A stretch of 64,000 nucleotides of DNA from the human T2T-CHM13v2.0 reference genome, Homo sapiens (GCF_009914755.1 NC_060930.1), one strand, 5' to 3'; numbered from the stretch's first letter, positions 25,331 through 38,140 are shown. Numbers and translations are program-made. Notes: generated from the sequence alone by a model not told the origin.

Positions 25331-25949
25331 GAAAGAGAAAGTGGAAATTCAAAGGGCTTTGTAGATGACAGCTTCTCTTTGGAGAAAGGCTAGGCAGATG
25401 CTGCTGAGAAGCCAGGCGCTGGAGCCAACTTGTACTGCTCACAATGATAGTATCCCCTTTTCCTAAAGAGAAGCCATCATTTACAAAGCCTTGTGAATCT
25501 CCACTTATTCCTTTCCCACCAGAGCTAACCTCTAGGACGTAAAGGAAAATATTGAAATTGGTATTAGTCAAAACAGGGATTAATCATTGATCTCTGGGTG
25601 AATAAAGCCTATTGCTTTATTAAATTCATGTATTCGTCTTACTGTCTGTTTTTCCAAGTTCTCCCAAGCATTTCACCTTTAAGTCAGTGGGCACTTTTAC
25701 TGAGCCTCAACTGTCTATGTGGCTGTTGCCTCATTACTACAGAGTGTAGGAATGTGAATATGACCCCATCCTTGTCCACCAGGTGCTTATAGTTTATTAG
25801 GAGGCATAAGGCAAGAAAACAGATGTAAAAAATGTCAGGAAGATCATAACAGGGACATCATAGAGGTACAAAGGAGGGACTGTGAATGAATTAAGATGCT
25901 GAGAGAAAATCAAGAAAAATTTCATCAGAGAGGTGGCCCAGGGAATATC

Positions 25950-26075
25950 AGTAGTATGGATAGGGGATTGTACAGTAGGATTGCTCAGAGAGGAAGTATT
26001 CTGATTTCAATGAGTAGTTTGGATAGGGGATTGTACAATGGGATTGTTCAGAGAGAAAGTATTCTGATTTGAATC
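25950..26075 (+). repeat. Two-copy 63-bp tandem duplication, diverged
   Basis: agtagtatggataggggattgtacagtagg... at 25950 and agtagtttggataggggattgtacaatggg... at 26013. Confidence 0.9.
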
Positions 26076-26229
26076 ATATCAATCGGAATTGGGTGATAAT
26101 GGAAAGGTTGATTAGGGCTACATTTTGGAGAGCATTGTATGTACCCACTGGCCCTCAACTCACCCTGGAGTGTTCCTGGGAGTTCTTATCAAAAATTAGA
26201 GTCGTGGACCTGGTTGGTTAGAATCTCAG

Positions 26230-26430
26230 CAGATGATAAATAACTTTGGCTTTGCAGACCATGCAGTTTCTGTTGCAACTGTCACAACTACATTCAACTC
26301 TGCTTTTGTAGTGAAAGCAGCCATAAACAGTATGAAATGAATGAGTGTAGCTGTGTTCCAATAAAACTTTATTTACAAAATCAGACAACAGCTGGATTTG
26401 GCACATGGGTTGTAGTTTGCCAACCTCTGA
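26230..26430. mobile_element. MER58A hAT-Charlie MITE
   Basis: ggctttgcag...gtgttccaataaaactttatttacaaaa...tagtttgccaacctctg. Confidence 0.82.
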
Positions 26431-28375
26431 CCTGATCGGGGTAAACTGAATGCAGGGAAAACTGAATTTAAAACAATAAAACACAATAAGAAAATGTTCT
26501 CAACTCATAAGAAATAAAGTAATTATAAATCTGGGTTTTGATTTAAATGATTTTATAATTTCTAGTCCATAAATATAGCTTCCGGTTTCTTTCTCACTTG
26601 CTTGCTCTGTGTATGTGTGTGTATATATATATTTTTTTCCAATTTGTATATATCCCTATTCAGTATTATTTATGATGATGCTATACCAATTGCACTTTAG
26701 GATGACATAAAACTTGAAATGTAATGTTTCTGAGTGCTATTTTTTGGTAACACTTCCATTAAAAGTAATAATTTGCCTAATTTCTTAATAATGGACTGGA
26801 TATTAGAGGCAACTGCATTTTGACTGTATAATTTTATAAATTATTCTTCCCGAGACCTGATGTTTAGTTACCTTCCAGTTATGTTTTCCCATTAAAGAAT
26901 GCCATGATCTGGGTTTCAGTCTCTAAGTGGTTTTTTTTCAAGGTTTAATTTTGAAAGATTTAAGAAACTTGCCTAACTTTGTAGATTTTGCCCTGTCCTG
27001 ATATTCATTTAATTGGTTCTGCTAATGTGAAAGCCCTTTCAAATATGAAAAAAATAAAGCAAGAGAGAAAAGTTGATTATTTCTGTAATTGGATTTTTTT
27101 CTTGAATAAAATGATTTCACCCACTTTATCTTTCTGACTTAGGGGTGGGGGTGGAGGATGAGCTTTCTTTTATATTGTAGTCAGAAGCAGACAGAAAAAG
27201 GTATAGTCTGTTCCAAGGTATCAGAATGGCAGATGGGTTTGGGTTGTAATTAATTACTGATGCTGAATATACTCTGGCCCCTACTTTCATTCTCAAACTT
27301 AAATTTCCACTGTGTGCAAAATAATTCCATCCAGGAAGAATTCTAATTACTTTAGTAATTATCATCTTATCTCTAAATGGAATTCAGACATTTGCTGTAG
27401 TTTATGAATGTTAGAAATGTTTCATTTCCTTTTCACCTTGAATAACAGAAAAATACACATTACTGAATTCAGCTTCATTGAACCTTATAATTCATGTTAC
27501 CATAGAAACAGAAAAACTCATATAAGAATTGTGTTAGCAGTACCATAGATAGTAAATACCTTCACTTTAACCAGCAATATCATAAAATGATTTTAATAAC
27601 AGATGTGTAAAAATTCTGTGAAATTTAATATGGTTTCTTTTAAATACTATAACAATATTATCCAGTATGCTTACTTTTAATTTTTAAGGCAATATCTTTG
27701 GTCTTATGTAAGGCTTTGTGCTTATTCCAAAATATTTGCTATGGAATGCAAGCATAGTGTTACAGGATAAAAAACTTATTTAACATGGTATTTATTTGAT
27801 TTTTAGTTAGCAGTGATGATTCATTTGATGTGTGCTTGAAGCCAAATGATATATTCTGGATTTATACCAGGCTTAGAAATGTAATGGATGACACTAAATT
27901 CTTTGGTGTCATCTCATCCAGTTGTCTCTCATCCTTTTTTTTTTTTTTTAGCCTATTTGACAGCCACTTTTCCAAGTGTCAGAAACAATTTTTCCATACA
28001 CTTGATCAGTTTTTACCACAAGTATTTAATAGTTGGAGTTTGTTGCATTTTAAATTCTCAGAATATTCAGAAATTTGCAGAGCTTGAGCAAACCATTTGC
28101 CATTTATTCATATATTTCTTCCTTTACTTATGTCATACATTTGCCTAGTTTACTTTAAAAAGGTAAAATTGTACCAAATTTAAACTGAATAACCCATGTA
28201 GGTTTTTATTTTTGCTTATTAAAAGTTTTATTACTTTCAAAGAGAAGGAATCATTAAAAAACTAACTGCTACTAAATTTTTTTAGGGAGATACCTTGAAA
28301 GGCCATCTTTGATTATAAATATTATGTATAATTAATATGTTAGTTGTATTTTAGCATATAGATTTTGCCTAATAT

Positions 28376-28985
28376 TGATTGTAGGAATTTTTTTTCTTGG
28401 TTGCCTTGCAAACCGGGGACCTCTGGCTGGCAACGCCCTGCCTGGGCCCCACTCAGCCACACTAGTGTGCCCCAGCCTGCCTGTGTTATAGCTTGTACCT
28501 GTGTTTGGCAGTTCCCGAGCTCTTGTACTGCGCCCAAGAAGGAGGATACACTGGACATTGAAGAGTGAGGAAGGCGGAGAGAAGTTTATTGAGCAGTGAA
28601 ACAGCTTTCAGTCAAGAGAGGACATGGGGATGGTCCCCTACCCAAAGGCAGAAAGTTCCTTTCTTGTGGCTGGGTCTCGGGCCTTTTATGGACTCAGAAT
28701 GGGGAGTGCTTGCTGATTGGTTTGTGACTATGCAAAAAAGGTTAAAGTAAAGACACCACTCAAAGGTGGGCATGACAGTGTAGAAAACCAATTAGGAAAG
28801 GGTAGGTATATGTAGAATAGATGAAGGGTGGGGATCAATCAGAGGAAAACGTGCCAAACAGGAAGACACATTCTCAGTCCAGTCCAAGGATTTAACTTGT
28901 AGCTTGGCTTTCAGGCTTTAAACTGTCTTCCAGCTTGGAGGTGGGGTTTCACTGGGGACCTGCCCCTATCTGCCTGTCACTATCA
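28376..28985 (-). mobile_element. ERV1 solo LTR (LTR27/LTR28/MER52 group) with 4-bp TSD ATAT
   Basis: TGAT...ATCA termini; ATAT at 28372-28375 and 28986-28989; gaggtggggtttcactggggacctgcccct motif; AATAAA and CCAAT on the minus strand. Confidence 0.78.
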
Positions 28986-29247
28986 ATATTTGAAAACAAT
29001 TTCTTCAAACAAGAGGGTTTAAACTTCTCTGTAAAGGCCAGAAATGTTATAAGTCTACTGTGAAAAAGATCACATTTATTCATTTATAGGAATACATGTA
29101 TTTTTATTATATTCAGTTTCCTGACAAATAGGATCAAGGTTTTTCTGTGCCTTTTTCTTAGTAATTTCTAGTTTATTGCTTTATTCTCACAGAAGGTGAC
29201 CTGTGTAAATGTGGTCTCATTAAAGTAGCAGAATGTGAACACTGTCT

Positions 29248-29505
29248 GGATCACTTGAGCTCAGGAATTCAGGACAAGCTTGAGCAATGTCGTGAGATCT
29301 CATTGCAACAAAAAATAAACAAAATTAGCCAGATGTGGTGGTGCACACCTGTAATCTCGGCTACTTTGTAGTCCCAGCTACTTGGGAGGCTGAGGCAGGA
29401 GGATCATTTGCACCCAAGAGATAGAGGCTGCACTAAGCCAAGATCACACTACTGCACTCCAACCTAGGTGACAGAGTGAGACCATGTCTCAAAAAAATAG
29501 TAATA
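29248..29505 (+). mobile_element. 5'-truncated AluJ with a 17-bp internal duplication
   Basis: ggatcacttgagctcagg...; tgtaatctcggctactt followed directly by tgtagtcccagctactt (29350-29383). Confidence 0.88.
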
Positions 29506-29869
29506 ATAAGTTGTGTTTTCCGTGAACTTATGATCAGCCAGTGCTTATGGTACATCAGTGCTGTGAGCACATCAGTGACATAGGTAAGAGATAAGGACTA
29601 CCCTGGGTAGTGATCAGAAGCTTCAGATCAGATGCTTCCTTTACTATTTATTGATTCTGTGATCATGGGCAATTTACTGTACCTCTTTCCCTAATGGCAT
29701 TTTCCCCCTTTCTCATGAAAACTGGATTAGAATCTATCTTATGAGAAAGTTATATTAAACAAGATGAAGTTGTTAACATATTGCCTGGCACTTTTATTAG
29801 TATTATTATGTAATATTAGTATTACATAATAAATGACAGTTGTTATCATCTCTCTGACAAGGTTACAAT

Positions 29870-30050
29870 AATAAAGCCAATACATATTAAGCACTATATG
29901 GGAAGCACCATCCTGAGCAATTAGTACATCTATTACCTCATTAATCTTATCTATGAATACTTTTACTATATCCATTTTATGAAAGAAGAAGTGGAAGCAT
30001 CTAAGGCTGAATAGTTTGCCCAAGATCATGCAGCTAGTTAGTGGTAGAAC
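29870..30050 (-). mobile_element. MIR
   Basis: tattaagcact...cctcattaatct...ccattttat...tttgcccaagatcatgcagctagt. Confidence 0.7.
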
Positions 30051-30469
30051 ATCTTAGTTATGCAAGGAAGTTGTTTCTCCCAGACAGTCATATTAAAAGA
30101 ATAAGAATGAATGCCCAGGTCACACTAGACTTTCTTTGTCTTAGTCACTCATTATGGCTTTTCAGCCCTCATCTAAATGTTTTAGTGTTTTTTCTGTTTT
30201 TAGAGCAGTTAATTTAAGAAATTTTTAATAAAACTATGAGAATAAATTTAGAGATGCTGAAAAAAATCTGAAATTTATTTGAAGATGTTGAATTGTTTCT
30301 TACTAAATTTTCTCTTTCAATATAAATAGAATGATTCCCTATTGTTATATGATGTTTTACTTGGGAAATAGATCCATGCTTTCCTTCTTCAAGTCCTTCA
30401 TGATTTCATGCTCTGAACGTAATTCCTTTATTCCTGGCCTTTTATTTTGCTGTTTGTCCTGATTTGTCT

Positions 30470-30789
30470 ATTTTTTCTTATTAGAGGTGGAGTCTAGCCC
30501 TGTCACCCAGGCTGAAGTGCAGTGACACGATCACAGCTCACTGCAGCCTCAAACTTCTGGACTCAAGTGGTTCTCCCACCTCAGTTTCCTGAATAGCTGA
30601 GACTATAGACACACACCACCACACCTGGCTAATTTAAATTTTTTTAATTGGTTGTTTTTTTTTTTTTTTTGTAAAGACAGGGTCTTGCTTTGTTGCTCAG
30701 GCTGGCCATGAACTCCTGGCTTCAAGTGATCCTCTTTCCTTGGCCTCCGAAAGTGCTGGGACTACAGGCATGAGCTACCACACCTGGTC
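30470..30789 (-). mobile_element. AluJ-like full-length SINE
   Basis: Dimeric Alu in reverse orientation with AluJ diagnostics (cactgcagcctc). Confidence 0.92.
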
Positions 30790-30848
30790 CTTTGTCCACA
30801 TTTAATTCTTTGACTACACCTGTCAAAGTTGAACTGTTAAGACTTCTT

Positions 30849-30980
30849 GGCCGGGTGCAGTTGGCTCACACCTGTAATCTCAGGACTTTTGGAGGCTGAG
30901 GCAGGAGTATCACTTGAGGCTTCAAGTTTGAGACCAGCCTGGGCAACAAAGCAAGACTCCGTCTCTACAGAAAATAAATA
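30849..30980 (+). mobile_element. Alu left monomer (FLAM-like)
   Basis: ggccgggtgcagttggctcacacctgtaatc...ccgtctctacagaaaataaa. Confidence 0.88.
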
Positions 30981-31079
30981 AGAGAATATAATTGAGTCTC
31001 ACATAGTAAGTGCTCAATAAGACTTCTTAGAAGAGTATGTTATGGAAGATTCATGCTATCTGTCTTCAGAAAGGTATTT

Positions 31080-33455
31080 TTTTTTCATTGTTAAGTCTGT
31101 AGGATAATTTAGAGAACACAGAATATTCATTCAATGTAAGTGTTTTGAAGATTTTTAGCAAATTAATGCAGTTGTGCAACTATCATCACAATTCAGTTTT
31201 AGAATGCTTTCATTCTGTCAAAAATTTTTCTAATGTCCAATTGGAGCCAATCCCTGCTTCTACTCACAGTTCCAGACAAGACTGATTTGCTTTCTGTCTA
31301 TTCTAAGTCGTCTTCTAGATATTTCTTATAAATGGAATCACAATAAGCAATCCTTCGTGTCTTTCATTTCCTTAAGAATGTTTTTCAGATTGGTTCATGT
31401 TGGTGCATATATCAGTAGTTGGCTCTTTTTTATTTGTAAGTAATTTCCACATATGGATATGCCACATTTTGTTATTCATTCAACAATTGATAGACATTTG
31501 GACTGTTACCAGTTTGGGGCAGTTATGAAGATTGCTACTGTGAAAATCCAAGTACAGGTCTTCGTGTGAGCTTACATTTTCGTTTCCCTTGGGTAGACAC
31601 CTAGAGTAGAATTGCTGGGTCACAGTAAGTGTATGTTTAACTATTTAAGAAACTGTCAGACTGTTTTCCAAAATGACTGCACCATTTAAAATTCCCACCT
31701 TCAATGTATAAGTGCGTCAGTTTCTCTATATGCTTACTAATATCTGTTATTTTTTTTTTCAGTCTTTTTGGTACAGCCATTCTACTGGATGTGTGGCATT
31801 TTACATGGTTTTAACTTTCATTTTTCTGACTAGTGACAATGTTAAGCAAATTTTAATGTACTTATTAGCTATTCCTATATCTTCTTCAGTGAAGTGTTTG
31901 TTAAATCTTTTGCCCATTGCATCATTGTGTTGTCTTCCTGTTAGTGAGTCATAGTTCTCAATATAGTTTGGATACAAGTCTTTTTATTGGATATATGATT
32001 TGCAAATATTTTATTCTACTCTATGACTTCTCTTTTCATTTTTTAACGGTATCTTTTGAGTAAGTTTAATTTCTTAGTTTATCAAATTTTACTTTTACGG
32101 ATTGTGCTTTCGGTGTTGGCACTATCGCTAAGAAATCTTTGCCTAACCTAAGGTCACAAAGATTTCCTCCCATATTTTCTTCTAGATGTTTAATAATTCT
32201 GTATCTGACATTCAGACTGTGATGCACATTGAAATATTTTTGTGTATAATGTAAGGTGGAGGGTTTAATAATGTGTGGGGTTTTTTGCATATGGTGTCTG
32301 ATTGTTACAGTACCATTTATTGAAAACGCTTTGTTTCCTGCCCTCATTGAATTGCCTTGGTAATTTTGTTGAAAACTAATTACCCATATATGATGAATTG
32401 GTATATATTTGGACTCTCTATTTTTCCATTGATGTATCCCTACACTGATAACCATACTGCGTTGATTATTGGAGCTTTATAGTTAGTCTTTAAAACAGGT
32501 TCATTTATTCCACCAGCTTTTTTTTCTTCAAAATTGTTCTGATTATTTCAAGTCATTTGTATTTCCGCATACATTTTAAGCACAGCTTGTCATTTTCAGC
32601 AGAAATACTTGCTGTTATTTTGATAGGAGTTGCATTGACTCTATAAATCAATTTGGAGAGGCTTGCCATCTTAACAATGCTAAATTTTCTAATCCATGAA
32701 AATTATATATTCTTCCATTTATTTAGATCTTCTTTAATTTCTCTCATCAAGTTTTAAGATGGTTTCTTTAAATTCTCTCAGTTTATGGCATACAACTTCT
32801 ACCTTTCTTTCTCAAACGTATTCCCAAGTAGTTTTTATGCTATTGTGAATGGAATTGGATTCTTGATTTCATTTTCAGGTTGTTCATTACTAGTATAAAA
32901 AATGTAATTGATTTTTATATATTGATCTTGTATCCTACAGTTTTGCTAAACTCACTTATTCTAGTAGGCTCAGTAGATTCTTTAGATTTTCTACATACAA
33001 GGTCATGTCACCTGCCCCAAAAAAAAAAAAATTCTGTCTTTTAAACATATATGCCTTTAATTTCCATTCCTTGCTTTTTTGGACTGACTAGAACCTCCAG
33101 TAATATGTTGAATTGAAGAAGTGAGAACAGAAATCTTTGCTTTATTATCAATCCTAATGGAAAAGCATTTTTAAAAATCATGAATGGGTGTTTGATTTGT
33201 CAAAAGTTTTCTGAATCTGTTAAGATCACTATGTGGTTTTTATTTTGTCCTTTATTCTTTTTATATGGTACATTACATTAATTGATACTCACATGTCAAA
33301 TCAACCTCACATTTCTTGGATTTAAAAAGTGGTCATGATATATAATCATTTTTTTTAATTTTGCCAGGTTCAGTTTGCCAATATTTTGTTAAGAATTTTT
33401 GTCTCCTTGTTTATGAGAGATATTGGTCTATAGTTTAATTCTAATCTCTTCCTCT
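31080..33455 (-). mobile_element. Old L1M (L1MB-like): 3'UTR and ORF2 3' part; continues after 38140
   Basis: Reverse-strand L1-type peptide at 32066-32455 (KHLEENMGGNLCDLRLGKDFL); L1MB-type 3'UTR. Confidence 0.8.
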
Positions 33456-33461
33456 GATTTT

Positions 33462-36400
33462 CTTTAAAAAAAACTTTTTTTGTTTGTTTTTTCTTTTTTT
33501 ACTTTTTTTTAAGTTCTGAGGTACATGTGCAGGATGTGCAGGTTTATTATGTAGGTAAACGTGTGCTGTGGTGATTTACTGCACCTATCAACCCATCACC
33601 TACGTATTAAGCTCAGCATGCATTAGCTATTTTCCCTGGTACTCTTCCCCACCTCAACAGGCTCCAGTGTGTGTTCCCCTCCCTGTGTCTGTGTGTTCAC
33701 ATTGTTCAGCTCGCACTTATAAGTGAGAACATGTGGTGTTTAGTTTTCTGTTCCTGCATTAGTTTGCTGAGAATAATGGCTTCTGACAATATCCATGTCC
33801 CTGCAAAGGACTTGATCTCTTTCCTTTTTATGGCTGTATAGTATTCCATGGTGTATATGTACCACATTTTCTTTATCCAGTCTATCATTGATGGGCATTT
33901 GGGTTGATTCCATGTCTTTGCTATGGTGAATAGTGCTGCAATGAACATACGTTTGCATGTATCTTTATAATAGGATCATTTATATTCTTTTGGGTATATA
34001 CCAAGAAATGGGATTGCTGGGTCAAATGGTATTTCTGGTCCTAGGTCTTTGAGGAATTGCCACACTGTCTTCCACAATGCTTGAACTAATTTACATCCCC
34101 ACCAACAGTGTAAAAGCATTCGTATTTCTCCACAGCCTCACCAACATCTGTTGTTTCTTGACTTTTTACTAATTGCCATTCTGACTGGTGTGAGATGGTA
34201 TGTCATTGTGGTTTTGATTTGCATTTCTCTAATGATCCGTGATGTTGAGCTTTTTTTCATGTTTGTTGGCCGAATGGAATGTTTTTCCATTTGTTTGTGT
34301 CCTCTCTTATTTCTTTGAACGGTGGTTTGTAGTTCTCCTTGAAGAGGTCCTTCACTTTCCTTGATAGCTGTGTTCCTAGATATTTTGTTCTCTTTGAGGC
34401 AATTGTGAATGGGTGTTCATTCATGATTTGGCTCTCTGCTTGTCTATTGTTGGTATATAGGAATGCTTGTGATTTTTGCACCTTGATTTTGTATCCTGAG
34501 ACTTTGCTGAAATTGTTTATTGAGTTAAGAGGTTTTTGTGCTGAGACGATGGGGTTTTCTAGATATGTGATCATATCATCTGCAAACAGAGACAGTTTGA
34601 CTTCCTCTCTTCCTATTTAAATACACTTTATTTTCTTCTCTTGCCTGATTTTCCTGGCCAGAACTTCCAATACTATGTTGAACAGGAGTAGCGAGAGAGG
34701 GCATCTTTGTCTTGTGCCCGTTTTCAAGGGGAATGCTTCCAGCTTTTCCCATTCAGTATGATATTGGCTGTGGGTTTGTCATAAATGGCTCTTATTATTT
34801 TCAGGTCTGTTCCATCAATACCTAGTTAATTGAGAGCTTTTAACATGAAGGGATGTTGAATTTTATCAAAGGCCTTTTCTGCATCTATTGAGAAAATCGT
34901 GTGGTTTTTGTCTTTATTTCTGTTTATGTGATGAATCACATTTATTGATTTGAATATGTTGAACCAGCCTTGCGTCCAGGGATAAAACTGACTTGATCAT
35001 GGTGGGTAAGTTTTTTGATGTGCTGCTGGATTTTGTTTGCCAGTATTTTATTGAGGATTTTTGCATTGATGTTCATCAGGGATAGTGGCCTGAAATTTTC
35101 TTTTTTTATTGCATCGTTGCCAGATTTTGGTATCAGGATGATGCTGGCCTCATAAAATGAGTTAGGGAGGAGTCCCTCCTTTCCAGTTGTTTGGAATAGT
35201 TTCAGAAGAAATGTACCAGTTCCTCTTTGTACCTCTGGTATAATTCAGCTGTAAATCCATCTGGTCCTGGGCTTTTTTTGGTGGGTAGGCTGTTTACTAC
35301 TGCCTCAATTTCAGAACTCATTATTGGTCTATTCAGGGATTCAAGTTCTTCCTTGTTCACTCTTGGGAGGGTGTATGTGTCCAGGAATTTATCCATTTCT
35401 TCTAGATTTTCTAGTTCATTTGCATAGAGGTGTTTATAGTATTCTCTGATGGTTGGTTGTATTTTTTTGCAGTCAGTGGTGATATCTGCTTTATCATTTT
35501 TTATTGTGTCTATTTGATTCTCCTCTCTTTTCTTTATTAGTCCAGCTAGTAGTCTATCTATTTTATTTTTTCAAAAAAAAAAACAGCTCCTGGACTTGTT
35601 GATTTTTTTTAAGGGTTTTTTGTGTCTCTTTCTCCTTCAGTTCCACTCTGAGCTTGGTTATTTCTTGTCTTCTGCTAGCTTTGGGGTTTGTTTGCTCTTG
35701 GTTCTCTAGTTTTTTTAGTTGTGATGTTAAGATGTTGATTTGAGATCTTTCTAGCTTTTTGATCTGGGCATTTAGTGCTATAAATTTTCCTCTTAACACT
35801 GTTAGCTCATAGATTCTGGCATGCTGTCTCTTTATTCTCATTAGTTTCAAAGAACTTTTTAATTTCTACCTTAATTTCATTATTTGCCCAGGAGTCATTC
35901 AGGAGCAGGTTGTTCAGTTTCCATGTAGTTGTGTGGCTTTAAGTGAGTTTCTTAATCCTGGGTTCTAATTTGATTGTGCTGTGGTCTAAGAGACTGTTTG
36001 TTATGATTTCTGTTCTTTTGCATTTGCTAAGGAATGTTTTACTTCCAATTATGTGATAAATTTTAGAGTAAGTGCCATGTGGCACCAAGAAGAATGTATA
36101 TTCTCGTGTTTTTGTTTGGAGAGTTCTGTAGATATCCATCAGGTCCAGCTGATCCAGAGCTGAGTTTAAATCCTGAATATCTTTCTTAATTTTCTGTCTC
36201 AATGATCTGTCTAATATTGAAAGTGGGGTTTTAAAGTGTCCCGCTATTATTGGGTGGGAGTCTAAGTCTCTTTGTAGGTCTCTAAGAACTTGTTTTATGA
36301 ATCTGAGTACTCCCCTATTGGGTGCATATATATTTAGGACAGTCAGCTTTTCTTGTTGAATTGATCCCTTTACCATTATGTAATACCCTTCTTTGTCTTT

Positions 36401-37872
36401 TTTTATCTTTGTTGGTTTAAAATCTGTTTTGTCATAAACTAGGATTGCAGTCCTTGCTTTTTGCTGCTTTCCATTTGCTTTGTAAATTTTCTTCCATCCC
36501 TTTATTTTGAGCCTATGTGTGTCTTTGCACATGAGATGGGTCTCTTGAATACAGCACACTGATGGGTCTTGACTCTTTACCCAGCTTGCCATTCTGTGTC
36601 ACTTAATTGGGGCATTTAGCCCATTTACATTTAAGGCTAATATTGTTATGTTTGAATCTGATCCTGTCATCATGACTCTAACTAGTTATTTTGCAGACTT
36701 GTTTATGTAGTTGCTTCATAGTGTCATTGGTTTTTGTACTTCAGTGTGTTTTTCTAGGGGCTGGTAGTGGTTTTCCCTTTCCATATTTAGTGCTTCCTTC
36801 AGGAGCTGTTGCAAGGCAGGCCTGGTGGTGACAAATACCCTCACCTGGAGGTGTCACCAGTGGGGGCTGCAGAACAGCAAAGATGGCTGCCTGCTCCTTC
36901 ATCTTGGACCTCTTTTCCAGAGTGACAGCGACCTAATGCCAGGGGGCATGCTCCTGTATAAGGTGTCTGGTGACTCCTGTTGTGGGGGTCTCACCTAGTC
37001 AGGAAGCACAGGATCGGAGACCTGCTTAATGAAGCACTCTGGCTGCCCCTTGGTGGAGCGGGTTTGCTGCACTGAGAGGAATCCCCATCATCTGGAGTGC
37101 CCAGCCTCTAAATAGCCAGCAGGCAGGAAAGACTAAGTCTGCTGAACCATGGAGATTGCAGCTGCCCCTCCCCTCAGGGTCTCTGTCCCAGGGAGATCAG
37201 AGATTTCTCTGTAAACCACTGGCTGGAGTTGGTGAAATTCCCACAGGGAGGCCCCACTCAGTGAGGAGGAATGGATCAGGGTCCCACCTAAAGAAGCAGT
37301 CTGGCCACGATCTGCCACAGCCACTGTGCTGCATTGTGGGGAGTTCCTCCTGGTCCAGACTGCCCAGTCTTCCTAGCACCAGCAGGGGAAAACAGAAGAC
37401 TGATGCTGCAGTTGCAGTGATGGCAGCCACCCTCACCTCTAGGAACTCGGTCATCTTAGGCAGTCTCCAGCTTGCTGCTGCTGGCTGCAACCTGAGCATC
37501 TGCTGAACATCTGCACAGCTCTGTGCTTGAGACCCAAGATCCTGGTGGCATGGGCTCACAGGGGGATCTACTGATCCATGGGTTGCACAGATTCATGGAA
37601 AAAGCATGGTTTCCTGGATGGGGTAGCACAATCACTCACCGCCTCCCTTGGCTGTGAGTGAGAGCTCCCCTTGCCCCATGCAGCTCCCAAGTGAGCCATT
37701 GCTCCGCCCTGCTTTTCCTCACTCTCAGTGGGTTGCGCCAACCACCTAGTCATTCCCAATTAGAGAACCTGGATACCTCAGCTGAAGGTGCAGGATTCAC
37801 TCACCCTTTTCATTCTTCACGGTGGGAGCCACTGATGGCAGCTGCTTCTAATTGGCCATCTTGGCCCCTCCC
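33462..37872 (-). mobile_element. L1PA (older primate) with both ends retained but two large internal deletions, about 4.4 kb
   Basis: 5' end ggggccaagatggcc on the minus strand; endonuclease-domain peptide 35939-36592 (CCIQETHL, LNIYAPN, SDH-like LLDH); RT-region peptides 35202-35396 and 34257-34574; 3'UTR and poly(T) near 33474-33510; ORFs broken by stops and frameshifts. Confidence 0.93.
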
Positions 37873-37879
37873 CTGATTT

Positions 37880-38140
37880 TAAAAATATTTTTAAGTACCT
37901 TTTAGGGTACAAGTGGTTTCTGGTTACATGGATGATCTATATAGGGTGAAGTCTGAGATTTTAGTGTACCCTTCACCCAAGTAGTGAACACTGTACCTGA
38001 TGTGTGGTTTTTTTATCCCTCGCTCCTGTCCCACCCTCCCCCTTCTGAGTCTTCACTGTTCATTATTCTATTCTGTCTGCCTTTGTGTACCCATAGCTTA
38101 GCTCCTACTTATTTATAAGTGAGAACATACAGTATTTGCC
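37880..38140 (-). mobile_element. L1PB-like 3' end fragment
   Basis: gggtacaagtggtt...gttacatggatga...tgaagtctgagattttagtgtaccc; a similar copy lies at 52915-53115. Confidence 0.75.

Noticed and set aside
25950-26075. CRISPR-like or other repeat-spacer array
   Set aside because: Only two adjacent copies with no spacers, in eukaryotic intronic DNA.
27141-27160. G-quadruplex candidate ggggtgggggtggagg
   Set aside because: Only two G-runs of three or more; does not meet the canonical pattern.
35939-36592. 217-aa ORF as a novel nuclease gene
   Set aside because: It is the L1 ORF2 endonuclease domain of a dead element, truncated by stops.
36835-36850. Spliced L1 integrant (SpIRE) as the explanation of the ORF1 loss
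   Set aside because: The GT is retained at the junction rather than removed, so it does not look like a precise splice product; deletion or template jump fits better.
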